A DNA stretch of 54,503 nucleotides from a bacterium (GTDB taxonomy: Bacteria; Actinomycetota; Coriobacteriia; Coriobacteriales; Eggerthellaceae): NCBI GenBank assembly GCA_963597045.1, contig CAVBOO010000001.1:1-54503 (forward strand). The letters are read 5' to 3'. How positions within the stretch are numbered: position 1 is the stretch's first letter; each line of letters starts with the position of its first letter. The notes beneath the pieces were generated by a model that worked only from the letters and a program-made list of their open reading frames with translations, did no database searches and was not told where the DNA came from. Below, piece by piece: positions 19,039-28,418 of the stretch. A program made the translations under genes and the position numbers.

Positions 19039-21192
19039 CTATTCGTTTTCCTTGGTGGCAGCCGTGTTATCGCCCGTGTCGCCCTGCGCGGTTGCGTCAG
19101 CGCTGCTGTCGGAGGAACTGTCGTTGCCCGAGGAATCCGTGGACTCGGTGCTCGTGGTCTTCGCGGAATCGTCGATTTCGCCATCGTAGGGATACTTGGA
19201 GAGCATCTCGTCCATGGTGATGAAGGAATAGCCTTCCTCAACAAGCTTGGGCAGGGCCTTCTTCAGACCTGCAACCGTTTGCGAGCGGTCGCCGCCGCCG
19301 TCATGCATGAGGATGATGGAGCCGCCTTCGGCCTGCATGAGCACGCTGTAGATGTGGTCGGCGCCGGGCTTGCTCCAGTCCATGGTGTCAAGGCTCCAAC
19401 CCGCCTCGCAGGTGATGAGGTCCTTGATGTTGTCGGCGGTCTTTTCGTTAAGGTTGCCGCCGGGCAGGCGCACCACGGTGCTTGCATCGGTGCCGGTGAC
19501 TTCCTTGATGCAGGAATAGCCCTTCTCGATTTCGGTCTTCTGCTCGCTGTTGGACATGTAGGTGATGTTGACGCCCTTGCCCGAGCCGGCCGCGTGGTCG
19601 TAGGTGTGCGTGCAGATCTGGTGGCCGTCGTTGATCATGCGCTGGATGCTGCTGTTGTGGTTGGCAATCTGCTGGCCGATGGTGAAGAAGGTTGCCTTGG
19701 CGTTGTACTTCTCAAGGGTGTCCAAGATCTCATCGGTGGTGGTGGGCCACGGGCCGTCGTCGAAGGTCAGGCAGATGACCTTGTCGCCCTTGGTGTCGAC
19801 GTGATACTTGGTCATCACGGTGTTCTTGGCTTCTTTGGTAACCACTTCGGCGGTTTTGCCCGATTCCTGGCCGGTGCGGGTTACCTTGGTGCCGTTTTGG
19901 CCCTTGGAGGTGTAGATGTGCACCGGGCCGGAGCCTTCGATGGTGGTTTTGTACTTGATGGTTTTCTCGTCGGAGTCGGTGTAGGGCTCCATGATGTCGC
20001 CGCCGTTGGTCACCGAGACAATGTCGCCTTCGTACAAGTGGGTGGAAAGATCGTCAACGTCGCCATCGTTGATTTTGGCGGTGGCGCGGTAGCCCTCGCC
20101 CGAGCGGATGGTCGATCCGTCGACGGCTACGTAGTTACCGGGGGACACGTTGACCGTGCCGGCATCGATCAGGCCTTGGACGGAGCGCTGATCTCCTTCG
20201 ACGCTGACTTCCTGGTCGTTCAAAGTGATGTGCACGGGGCGATTGGCGTCCCAGTTTTGGAAGCCGAAGGCGCCCAAGGCCACCACGGCCACAAGGGCGA
20301 CGACGCCGATGATCGCTTTGCGCGCGGTGGCAAAGGGATTGGGGCCGTGGTCTTTGGGGGCGGTGCCCGGTGTTCCCATGGGGACGAAGCGGGTGCGCTC
20401 GGTTGCCGTGCGGGCTGCATGGGCCGCACCTTGAACAAGGCCGCGAGCGCCCTCGGCGCGTTCTTCCTCGCGCTCGCCTAGGTCGCGGTAGCGGCTATAT
20501 GCCGATCGATCGTTGCGGGAGTAGCGCGAGGATGCGCGTGTGGAGCCCCCGTCTTTTGCGGCGATGGAATAATCCTGAACCGTTTGGATGCCCTTTGAGA
20601 CCTCTTCAGCGCTGAAACGGCTGGTGGCGCGCTTTTGGTAGCTTTGCGCGTCCGCTGCAGGCTTGGCCGCGGTGCGCTCAGCGGGCATGCGACTGGCGCT
20701 GCCGGCTTGGTCGACTGCGCTGCGGCGTGCGCGCGGTTGCGAGGCGCGTTGCTGCTTGCGCTCCTGCTCGCGGCGAACGCTCGGGCGAGAGGCAGACGAA
20801 CGGCGAACGCTCGGGCGCGACGGTGCTCCGCCTTCGCCTGCATCGCCTGCTTGATAGTGGTTGGAGGAGGTGTCCGCGTAGCGGCGTGTGGGAGTTTGGT
20901 CCTTCGTTCGCACGCGGTACTCGGGCACGCCCGGCTTGCGGAACGGTGCCATGAAGTCGTAATCCTCGAGCTGCTTGGCAGCCTCGGCGCGATTGCGCTG
21001 CTCGGAAGGGGACTCGTTGCCCCAGGATCCCGTGCCGCGGTTGCTGGAATAAGCGCGGCTTTCCTTTTCGAGCGTCTCGCGGGCGCTTGGCACCGACACG
21101 CGCCTGCTGTTGCGCTGTTCGCGCGCGGCGCCATCGGAGTTGGGCGCGCCAGGCTTGCTGCCGGTGTTGTTCTGATCGTAAGGGGAGGTCAT
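19039..21192 (-). CDS. Membrane-anchored polysaccharide/peptidoglycan deacetylase (NodB/CE4) with a long disordered N-terminus
   Basis: CE4 motifs TFDDGP, HTYDH, RLPGG and LMHD are intact. One TM helix follows a ~290-aa R/S/A-rich region. Confidence 0.88.
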   Translation of the reverse strand: MTSPYDQNNTGSKPGAPNSDGAAREQRNSRRVSVPSARETLEKESRAYSSNRGTGSWGNESPSEQRNRAEAAKQLEDYDFMAPFRKPGVPEYRVRTKDQTPTRRYADTSSNHYQAGDAGEGGAPSRPSVRRSSASRPSVRREQERKQQRASQPRARRSAVDQAGSASRMPAERTAAKPAADAQSYQKRATSRFSAEEVSKGIQTVQDYSIAAKDGGSTRASSRYSRNDRSAYSRYRDLGEREEERAEGARGLVQGAAHAARTATERTRFVPMGTPGTAPKDHGPNPFATARKAIIGVVALVAVVALGAFGFQNWDANRPVHITLNDQEVSVEGDQRSVQGLIDAGTVNVSPGNYVAVDGSTIRSGEGYRATAKINDGDVDDLSTHLYEGDIVSVTNGGDIMEPYTDSDEKTIKYKTTIEGSGPVHIYTSKGQNGTKVTRTGQESGKTAEVVTKEAKNTVMTKYHVDTKGDKVICLTFDDGPWPTTTDEILDTLEKYNAKATFFTIGQQIANHNSSIQRMINDGHQICTHTYDHAAGSGKGVNITYMSNSEQKTEIEKGYSCIKEVTGTDASTVVRLPGGNLNEKTADNIKDLITCEAGWSLDTMDWSKPGADHIYSVLMQAEGGSIILMHDGGGDRSQTVAGLKKALPKLVEEGYSFITMDEMLSKYPYDGEIDDSAKTTSTESTDSSGNDSSSDSSADATAQGDTGDNTAATKENE

Positions 21193-21343
21193 GTTTGCGG
21201 TCCGTTTCCCTCTGATTCGCTTACATGCAACGAGCTTCAATGTTTAAGCTTGCGAAATTCCATTCTACTAGTGATTCAAGTTCGCATCTTTCTTATATGC
21301 AAAAGATGCATAGCTGTTTTATAAAAGCGCCGATTTCTTGTTG

Positions 21344-21366
21344 CATATACCCCCAGGGGGTATATG
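21344..21366. promoter_or_regulatory. CsoR operator overlapping the csoR-copA promoter
   Basis: Perfect palindrome CATATACCCCC-A-GGGGGTATATG (C/G tracts flanked by AT, the known CsoR pattern). It overlaps TTGCAT (21341) and TATGAT (21363). Confidence 0.9.
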
Positions 21367-21390
21367 ATGAGGACTGATGAAAGGAAGATC

Positions 21391-21708
21391 ATGATGCACG
21401 AACCAGACGGTGGGGATTGCTGCTGCAAGCACAAGGCCAGCCCTCGAAGCGACGAATTTCAGGAAAACCTGCAAAAGCGTTTGAACCGCGCGATCGGCCA
21501 GCTCAACGGCATCAAGGGGATGATCGACGACAACCGCTATTGCGGCGATGTGCTCGTCCAGCTTGCGGGAGCCGAAGCCGCGATACACAAGGTTTCGCTC
21601 ATGCTTCTGCAAGACCACATGCAAACCTGCGTGGTTGAGCAGATCCGTCAGGGCGATGACGAGGTTGTCGAGGAAATGGTCCAGCTCATAAAGCGCTTTG
21701 CAAAGTAA
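21391..21708 (+). CDS. csoR: Copper-sensing repressor CsoR
   Basis: RLNRAIGQL, YCGDVLVQL and DHMQTC give the Cys-His-Cys fingerprint. Lies upstream of a Cu-ATPase. Confidence 0.92.
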   Translation: MMHEPDGGDCCCKHKASPRSDEFQENLQKRLNRAIGQLNGIKGMIDDNRYCGDVLVQLAGAEAAIHKVSLMLLQDHMQTCVVEQIRQGDDEVVEEMVQLIKRFAK

Positions 21709-21729
21709 GCACTAAGCGATGAGGTTGAT

Positions 21730-24111
21730 ATGAAAAGGAAATTCGCCGTCACTGGAATGACCTGCGCCGCTTGCTCGGCTCGCGTGACCAAGGTCACCAG
21801 CTCCGTTGCGGGCGTCGATGACGTTGTGGTCAATCTGTTGAAGAATTCGATGGAAGTCGATTACGACGGCACCCCCGAGAGCACCGAGGCGATATGCGCT
21901 GCGGTGAAGAAGGCCGGCTACGGCGCCGCATTGATGGACGAATCCTCAGATCAGGCGAGCCCTGCGCAGGCGAACAAGGCCACGCAGGCAGCGCAAGAGG
22001 AGACCAAGCGCATGCGCTCGCGCTTGATCATCAGCATCGTCTTCTGCGTGCCTTTGTTCTATTTGAGCATGGGGCATATGCTCAACTGGCCGCTGCCCAG
22101 CGTGTTCTTGGGCCACGCGAACATGATGACTTTCGCGCTCACGCAGTTCCTTCTTCTGCTGCCCATAATCTTCGTTAACTTCAAGTTCTTCCGCGTTGGC
22201 TTCACGAGCCTTGTCCACGGCAGTCCCAATATGGATTCGCTGGTTGCGCTTGGCGCCACGGCCTCGACGGTCTACGGCGTGGCGGCGATGTATCGCGTGG
22301 GCTTGGCGCTGGGCGCGGGCGATTTGGACGGCGCGCACATGGCCGCGATGGACATGTACTTCGAGTCCGCGGGCATGATCTTGACGCTCATCACCTTAGG
22401 CAAGTTCTTCGAGGCGCGCGCAAAGGGCCGCACCACCGACTCCTTGTCCAAGCTTATGGATCTCTCGCCCAAGCGCGCTGTCGTCTTTGAGGGCGAGCGC
22501 GAGAAAGAAGTGCCGGTTGAACAGGTGAAACCAGGCGACATCTTGCTGGTGAAGGCCGGTGAGAGCGTGCCGGTGGATGGCGTGGTGGTGAAGGGTTCCG
22601 CCGCGATCGACCAATCGGTGATCACGGGCGAGAGCGTCCCTGTCGAAGTTGGCCCCAGCAGCGCCGTCACGGGTGCGACCACCAGCATGAACGGCTGGTT
22701 CACTATGCGGGCCGAGCGCGTGGGGGCCGATACCACCTTGGCGGGGATCATCCGCTTGGTCGACGAGGCCACTTCGTCCAAGGCTCCCATCGAGCGCTTG
22801 GCCGACCGCATCAGCGCGGTGTTCGTTCCTGCCGTCATCGCGATCGCGCTTGCGACCTTCGTGCTTTGGTGGGCGATCACCGGCGATTTTGCCGCGGCGG
22901 TCAACCACGGCATCAGCGTGCTCGTCATCAGTTGCCCGTGCGCGCTCGGGCTGGCCACGCCTACCGCCATCATGGTCGGTACGGGGCGCGGCGCCACCGA
23001 GGGCATCCTGATCAAGAGCGCCGAGGCTTTGGAAACCGCCCAATCCGCACGCACCATCGTCTTCGACAAGACGGGCACCATCACCACTGGCAGCCCGTGC
23101 GTGACCGACGTGATCCCCTTCGGCGTGGAAAAGGAGCAGCTGGCCTTCTTCGCTTATGCGATAGAGAAGCGCTCCGAGCATCCTTTGGCCAAAGCCATCG
23201 TCGATTACGCGTTTGACCTGGGCGTGGTGCGCAAAGAAGAAGCCGCAGGCAGCGCATTGGACGCTTCTGCCCTTGGCAGTGCGAATGCGCAGGAGGAAGA
23301 GCAATCTTGCGATGAGGCGGCTCCCACTGCAGCGCAGGTGGAGGAGTCAATCTGGTCTTTCGAGCAGATTCCCGGCGGCGGCATCAAAGCCGAGATCGAG
23401 GGTATCGTCTGTTTCGCGGGCAACGCACGTCTGATGTCCGACCAAGGAATCTCCGTTGCCGACTGCGCCGGTGCGGCCACGCGCCTTTCCTCCGAAGGCA
23501 AAACCGTTCTCTACTTCGCCTGGGGCGATGAGGTGCGCGGCTTGGTGGCGGTGGCCGACCTGCCCAAGGAAACAAGCGCCCAGGCCATCGCCGAGCTGGG
23601 CTCCATGGGTCTGAAAACGGTCATGCTCACGGGCGACGATGAGCGCACCGCCAAGGCGATTGCTGCTCGCGTCGGCATCGATGAGGTAATCGCAGGTGTC
23701 TTGCCCCAAGGAAAAGAAGAGGTCATTCGCAAGTTGTCGGATGAGGGCAAGGTCGTCATGGTGGGCGATGGCATCAACGATGCACCCGCCCTTGCGCGCG
23801 CTGACGTGGGCATCGCGGTAGGCGCCGGCACCGACATCGCCATCGATGCCGCCGATATCGTGTTGATGCACAACGATCTGCGCGACGTCCCTGCGGCCCT
23901 GGATTTGTCTCGCGCGACCTTGCGCAACATCAAGCAGAATCTGTTCTGGGCGCTTTTGTACAACGTCGTGTGCATTCCCATCGCCGCGGGCGCCTTCAGC
24001 TGGGCGGGCTTGAGTTTGAACCCCTGGATTGCCGCAGCGTGCATGAGCTTCTCGAGCGTGTGCGTGGTTACCAACGCCTTGCGCCTGCGCGGTTGGAAGC
24101 GCAAGGCTTAA
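21730..24111 (+). CDS. copA: Cu(I)-translocating P1B-1 ATPase
   Basis: GMTCAAC HMA domain, TGES, CPC, DKTGT, HP, GDGIND, YN and MSFSS motifs. Confidence 0.95.
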   Translation: MKRKFAVTGMTCAACSARVTKVTSSVAGVDDVVVNLLKNSMEVDYDGTPESTEAICAAVKKAGYGAALMDESSDQASPAQANKATQAAQEETKRMRSRLIISIVFCVPLFYLSMGHMLNWPLPSVFLGHANMMTFALTQFLLLLPIIFVNFKFFRVGFTSLVHGSPNMDSLVALGATASTVYGVAAMYRVGLALGAGDLDGAHMAAMDMYFESAGMILTLITLGKFFEARAKGRTTDSLSKLMDLSPKRAVVFEGEREKEVPVEQVKPGDILLVKAGESVPVDGVVVKGSAAIDQSVITGESVPVEVGPSSAVTGATTSMNGWFTMRAERVGADTTLAGIIRLVDEATSSKAPIERLADRISAVFVPAVIAIALATFVLWWAITGDFAAAVNHGISVLVISCPCALGLATPTAIMVGTGRGATEGILIKSAEALETAQSARTIVFDKTGTITTGSPCVTDVIPFGVEKEQLAFFAYAIEKRSEHPLAKAIVDYAFDLGVVRKEEAAGSALDASALGSANAQEEEQSCDEAAPTAAQVEESIWSFEQIPGGGIKAEIEGIVCFAGNARLMSDQGISVADCAGAATRLSSEGKTVLYFAWGDEVRGLVAVADLPKETSAQAIAELGSMGLKTVMLTGDDERTAKAIAARVGIDEVIAGVLPQGKEEVIRKLSDEGKVVMVGDGINDAPALARADVGIAVGAGTDIAIDAADIVLMHNDLRDVPAALDLSRATLRNIKQNLFWALLYNVVCIPIAAGAFSWAGLSLNPWIAAACMSFSSVCVVTNALRLRGWKRKA

Positions 24112-24270
24112 GCTGCCTGCGATGTGCCGGCTCGCCGGCCGCGCACGAACGGACGATTCGCGCTCCCGCTAGCTTGATGTCCGCGCACTTAGCCGCGCCT
24201 GCACCGGCCCTGTTCTTGCACGTCTGCCCGCACCCACCCATTTCTCTTCAAACAAAAAGGCTTATAGGAC

Positions 24271-24310
24271 AAAAAAGAAAGCTCCAGGCGCAATGCCCTG
24301 GAGCTTTCTT
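24271..24310. terminator. Intrinsic terminator between convergent copA and the Cys-rich gene
   Basis: aaaaaagaaagctccagg-cgcaatgc-cctggagctttctt. Confidence 0.8.
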
Positions 24311-24338
24311 CGGTTTTTGGTGCGTTGTTCAGGCTTGT

Positions 24339-24935
24339 TTAGCGCAGGCCGGCTTTCACCATCGAGATGCGATCCATGCTGCGGCAGATCAGGCCGATCT
24401 TGGGAACGTAGCAATACAGTTCCATGCCCGTCTTGCAGCGGAACTGACACTCCAGGCAAGGATTGCGGTCGCAGTAGGCGAAGGCGTCCTCGTCGGCGAA
24501 TGCGAAGACGATGGGAGGCCACTTCTTCGGCTGGACGTACTTCATCTGCATGCCGGTGAAGGTCTTGAGCGCAAACCACTTGGGCTCGCAGCCTGGCTCG
24601 CCGACCTTCCAGGAAATCTCGGTGCAGTTGTTGTTGTAGCCGCCCAGAATCTTGTAATCGAAATGGATGCGATCGTCGACTTCTTCCCAGTTGATGGGAA
24701 CAAGGGGCTTCATCTCCTTGCCGTGGCAGCTTGGGGCAACCGGCTCGTGGCCGTAGGGCAAATCGATGCGCAGCGAGCGCTCGCCGTCGTTGATGAGCTC
24801 GATTTCCTTGGCGTCATCGAGGTTGGCGTACACGTGGCCGCATTCCTCGCAGATGAAAAACGGGATATGGGAAAGCGTGGTGCGCGGCTTCCAGCTTGCA
24901 TGGGTGCGCGTGGGTGAGAAATCTGCCATGTCCAT
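24339..24935 (-). CDS. Desulfoferrodoxin-like Cys-rich metal-binding protein (atypical)
   Basis: FFICEECGH...PSCHGKEMKPLVP resembles the desulforedoxin domain. C-terminus has CDRNPCLECQFRC. GGAGGG RBS. Confidence 0.6.
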   Translation of the reverse strand: MDMADFSPTRTHASWKPRTTLSHIPFFICEECGHVYANLDDAKEIELINDGERSLRIDLPYGHEPVAPSCHGKEMKPLVPINWEEVDDRIHFDYKILGGYNNNCTEISWKVGEPGCEPKWFALKTFTGMQMKYVQPKKWPPIVFAFADEDAFAYCDRNPCLECQFRCKTGMELYCYVPKIGLICRSMDRISMVKAGLR

Positions 24936-25155
24936 CCCTCCAGTCAGTCCAATGGCTTTCAGTAAGAAACTATAGCCAATTTGCCTGGGATTAGGAGCTT
25001 AAAAGGGCGCGGGCTTGGGCGTTTTCCCTCGATTTTGTCCCGTAAAAGAAACTTCGGCGGGTCAAGGTTTTGGAGGGCTTGTAGAGATATGGAAAAAAAT
25101 TTCCACAAATCGCGAAAAGTGACCGCAAAACGGGCAATCCCAAGGGCTCCTTTTC

Positions 25156-25184
25156 TTGACTTGCAAAGGGCGCAAACATACGAT
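25156..25184 (+). promoter_or_regulatory. sigma70-type promoter of the crotonase gene
   Basis: TTGACT-17 nt-TACGAT. Confidence 0.65.
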
Positions 25185-25227
25185 TTAGCTGTTTACTTAA
25201 CACCCTGAACATGGAGGGAGAGCGCGA

Positions 25228-26103
25228 ATGAGCGTTTACCAGGAGGCATACCATCTGCCCGAATTTAATTACGACTTCGAGGGCCTCAACATCGAGGTTC
25301 GCGGTCAGATTCACATCGTTAAGTTCAACGATGCCAAGAACCTGAACGCAATGTCCTACGCTCAGATGCGTGACTTCAACGATTACCTGAAGCTCGTCCG
25401 TTACGACAAGGACGTTCGCGTCATCGTTCTCGGCGGCGAGGGCAAGTCCTTCTGCGCTGGCTTCAACCTGAACGACCTCAACCTCGACGTCCCCGAGGAC
25501 ATGGGCCGCGCTCAGCGTGACTTCTACATCATGCAGACCATCTGCTCCGACCAGGTTGTCAACATGCGCAACTGCCCCCAGATCATCATCGGTGCTCTCA
25601 CCGGTCATGCCATCGGCGGCGGCCTTTCCCTTTCCTGCGCTTGCGACCTGCGCGTCCTGGGCGAGTCCTTCAAGATGCAGGCTGGCTACCTCAACATCGC
25701 TCTTACCGGTACCGACATGTCCGGTTCCTACTACCTGCCCCGCATCGTCGGTTTCGCACGTGCTACCGAGGTTCTGACCACCGCTCGTCGCATCGGCGCT
25801 GAAGAGCTTCTTGAGTGGGGCTTCGCAAACCGCGTCGTCGCTGACGACCAGGTTGTCGAGACCGCCGTCGAGATGGCAGAGCAGATGATCAAGAACTCCG
25901 CTCCCTTCGGCCTGCGCATGACCAAGGAGTCCCTGCAGACCTCCCTCGACAATTCTTTCGACACTCAGATCAAGATGGAGAACCGCAACCAGGTTCTGGC
26001 TTCTCAGACCGAGGATGCTCGTCGCGGCGTTCTGAAGATGAACCCCAAGCTGCGCGAGGACGTGAAGGCCAACCCCCAGAACTACACCTTCAACAACCTG
26101 TAA
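25228..26103 (+). CDS. Enoyl-CoA hydratase/isomerase (crotonase) family protein
   Basis: LNAMS, FCAGFNL and HAIGGG oxyanion-hole motifs. Strongly biased codon usage. Confidence 0.9.
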   Translation: MSVYQEAYHLPEFNYDFEGLNIEVRGQIHIVKFNDAKNLNAMSYAQMRDFNDYLKLVRYDKDVRVIVLGGEGKSFCAGFNLNDLNLDVPEDMGRAQRDFYIMQTICSDQVVNMRNCPQIIIGALTGHAIGGGLSLSCACDLRVLGESFKMQAGYLNIALTGTDMSGSYYLPRIVGFARATEVLTTARRIGAEELLEWGFANRVVADDQVVETAVEMAEQMIKNSAPFGLRMTKESLQTSLDNSFDTQIKMENRNQVLASQTEDARRGVLKMNPKLREDVKANPQNYTFNNL

Positions 26104-26148
26104 GGTGCAGGACCTTTCAAGGTTCTTCCGGGTTTCAACCTGATCTTC

Positions 26149-26181
26149 AAAGGACGGTGCGATTGTGCGCCGTCCTTTTTT
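26149..26181 (+). terminator. Intrinsic terminator
   Basis: aaaggacggtgc-gattgt-gcgccgtcc followed by a T-run. Confidence 0.8.
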
Positions 26182-26429
26182 GCGTTTGGCATGCTGGTTG
26201 CTCAATTGGCAGGCCAAGGCGTGCCGTGCTCACGGCTGCGCCACGCCAGGCGGAGACCTTACGGGCATCGCCCGTTACGCTGTTCAGAAGCCCAGGTCAT
26301 CGACCTGGGCTTCTTCATGCGCTCACTGCTTCAGTTTTCATATGCGGATTTCTTCGAAATCCTCTTTTTGGCTTTCAGAGCGAACCCTTAAAGGTCTCCA
26401 TCTGACGCGGCGCTTCCTGCGCTTGGCGC

Positions 26430-26873
26430 TTACTTGTGGTAGGGCTCGTTGCGGCTGATCTTCATGGCGCGGTAGAGCTGTTCCAGCAAGACCACGCGCG
26501 CCAGGTTGTGGGGCAGGGTGATGGGCCCGAAGCTGATGCGTTGGGTGGCTATCTTCTTGATCTCGTCGGTGACGCCGTCGCTGCCGCCGATGATGAAGCA
26601 AAGATGGCTGTCGCCCGATAGCGAAAGCTCATCAATGCGCGCCGAAAGGGCTTCGCTCGAGAGTTCCTTGCCTTTGATGTCGAGCAGGAGGATGGGGCAG
26701 CGCTCGGGCAGCGCGTCGGCCAAAAGCGCGCCTTCCTTCTCGCGTGTGGAATCGGGTAGTTCGCGAACTTCGACCTTGGCGTAACCGCCCAGGCGCTTCA
26801 GGTATTCGTTGCAAGCTTCCTTCCAGAATTTCTCTTTAAGTTTGCCGACGGCGAACACGGTGATTCGAAGCAT
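26430..26873 (-). CDS. rlmH: 23S rRNA m3Psi1915 methyltransferase RlmH
   Basis: AVGKLKE, FIIGGSDG, TLPHNLARVVLLEQLYRA and EPYHK. Confidence 0.97.
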   Translation of the reverse strand: MLRITVFAVGKLKEKFWKEACNEYLKRLGGYAKVEVRELPDSTREKEGALLADALPERCPILLLDIKGKELSSEALSARIDELSLSGDSHLCFIIGGSDGVTDEIKKIATQRISFGPITLPHNLARVVLLEQLYRAMKISRNEPYHK

Positions 26874-27011
26874 GGGGCATATCCCTTTCGCGTGGAAATT
26901 AATGCACTGTTTACGTATGGTAACGCGAGAAAAACCATGAGCCGCTATGATACTGAACTGATATACGAAAGAACCCGCGCGTGTTGTTTGCGGGCCGAAG
27001 AAAGAGAAGAA

Positions 27012-28373
27012 ATGTCACTTCCTGCATCAGATTTGAACAAGAAGGCCGACGGCCGTACCACCATGGAATTGGGCAAGGTTCTGCCCCTGACTGCCGAGGT
27101 GAAGGACGATCACCTTTTCATCGGCGGCTGCGATATGGTCGAGGTTGCCAAGGAGTTCGGCACGGCGCTTTACGTGTTCGACCAGGCCGACCTTGAAGCT
27201 CGCATGGATGAATACGTGCAGTCCTTCAAGAAGTACTACGGCGAGAAGGCCCAGGTCGCCTACGCTTCCAAGGCATTCCAGAACAGGGCCATCGTCAAGT
27301 TGGCGCTTGAGCATGGCATGTGCCTGGACGTCTCGGGCGGCGGCGAACTGGCCGTGGCTTTGGCTGCCGGCTTCCCTGCAAAGCGCGTGATCGTTCATGG
27401 CAACAACAAGACCCCGCAGGAACTGCGTGAGGCCATCGAGGCCGGCGTGGGCTGCATCGTGGTCGACTCCCGCATCGAGCTTGGTCGCATTTCCGAGATC
27501 GCCCAGGAAATGGGCGTTGTGCAGGATGTTTACCTGCGCATCACCCCTGGCGTCGAGGCTGACACCCATGAGTTCATCCGCACCGGCTGCGAGGATTCCA
27601 AGTTCGGCTTCACTATGCGCGAGGACTTCGCCTTCAAGTGCGTCAAGACCGCAATCGAGACCCCTGGCGTGCGCCTGACCGGCCTGCACTGCCATATCGG
27701 CTCTCAGATTTTCGCGCTGCATTCCTTCCGCGAGGCCATCGAGGTGATGGTTCAGTTCATAAAGCGCATCAACGATGAGTACGGCTACGAGATCGAGGGC
27801 CTTGATCTGGGCGGCGGCCTGGGCATTGCCTACGTTGCCGAGGAAGAACCCCCCACGATCGAGAGCTTTGCCAAGCTTACCTGCACCGCGGTCAAGGAGC
27901 TTTGCGCCGAGTACGGCGTCACGGAGCCCCGCATCGCAGTCGAGCCTGGTCGTTCCATCGCAGCAACCCCCGGTGTCACTCTGTACACCGTGGGCATCTT
28001 GAAGACCCTGCCCGGCATCCGCAACATCGTCGCCATCGACGGCGGCATGTCCGACAATATCCGTACCGCGCTCTATGGCTCCGATTACGAGCCCGTGATC
28101 GCCAACAAGGCAGGTCAGCCCCGCACCAAGATCGTCACCCTGGTGGGCAAGCATTGCGAGTCCGGCGACGCTGTTGCCGCCAACGCCTCTATCCAGGATC
28201 CCGATTTGGGCGACATCGTGTGTATGTTCGGCACCGGTGCCTACTGCCATTCCATGAGCAGTCGCTACAACGGCCAGACCCGCCCCGGCATCGTGTTCGT
28301 CAAGGACGGCCAGGCCAAGCTGGTCACCCGTCGCGAAAGCTACGCCGACCTTATGGCCTGCGACCTTGATTAA
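27012..28373 (+). CDS. lysA: Diaminopimelate decarboxylase
   Basis: YASKAF (PLP Lys), HGNNK, HCHIGSQ, EPGRS and HCESGD. Start is uncertain (27012 or 27063). Confidence 0.95.
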   Translation: MSLPASDLNKKADGRTTMELGKVLPLTAEVKDDHLFIGGCDMVEVAKEFGTALYVFDQADLEARMDEYVQSFKKYYGEKAQVAYASKAFQNRAIVKLALEHGMCLDVSGGGELAVALAAGFPAKRVIVHGNNKTPQELREAIEAGVGCIVVDSRIELGRISEIAQEMGVVQDVYLRITPGVEADTHEFIRTGCEDSKFGFTMREDFAFKCVKTAIETPGVRLTGLHCHIGSQIFALHSFREAIEVMVQFIKRINDEYGYEIEGLDLGGGLGIAYVAEEEPPTIESFAKLTCTAVKELCAEYGVTEPRIAVEPGRSIAATPGVTLYTVGILKTLPGIRNIVAIDGGMSDNIRTALYGSDYEPVIANKAGQPRTKIVTLVGKHCESGDAVAANASIQDPDLGDIVCMFGTGAYCHSMSSRYNGQTRPGIVFVKDGQAKLVTRRESYADLMACDLD

Positions 28374-28418
28374 ATTCCATCCCGTGTTTTATCGGTCCTT
28401 GTTTTTAGGAGGAAGCAA

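Noticed and set aside
18988..20481. 497-aa plus-strand ORF, and similar long antisense ORFs over purB, pyrE, the crotonase, lysA, hom, cysK, trpB and trpE
   Set aside because: They are mirror frames of well-supported genes, with no RBS or domain evidence.
23970..24917. 315-aa plus-strand ORF spanning the end of copA
   Set aside because: It crosses a terminator and is antisense to the better-supported Cys-rich gene.
26874..27011. Lysine riboswitch upstream of lysA
   Set aside because: The gap is too short and lacks L-box consensus elements. Only a small hairpin is present.
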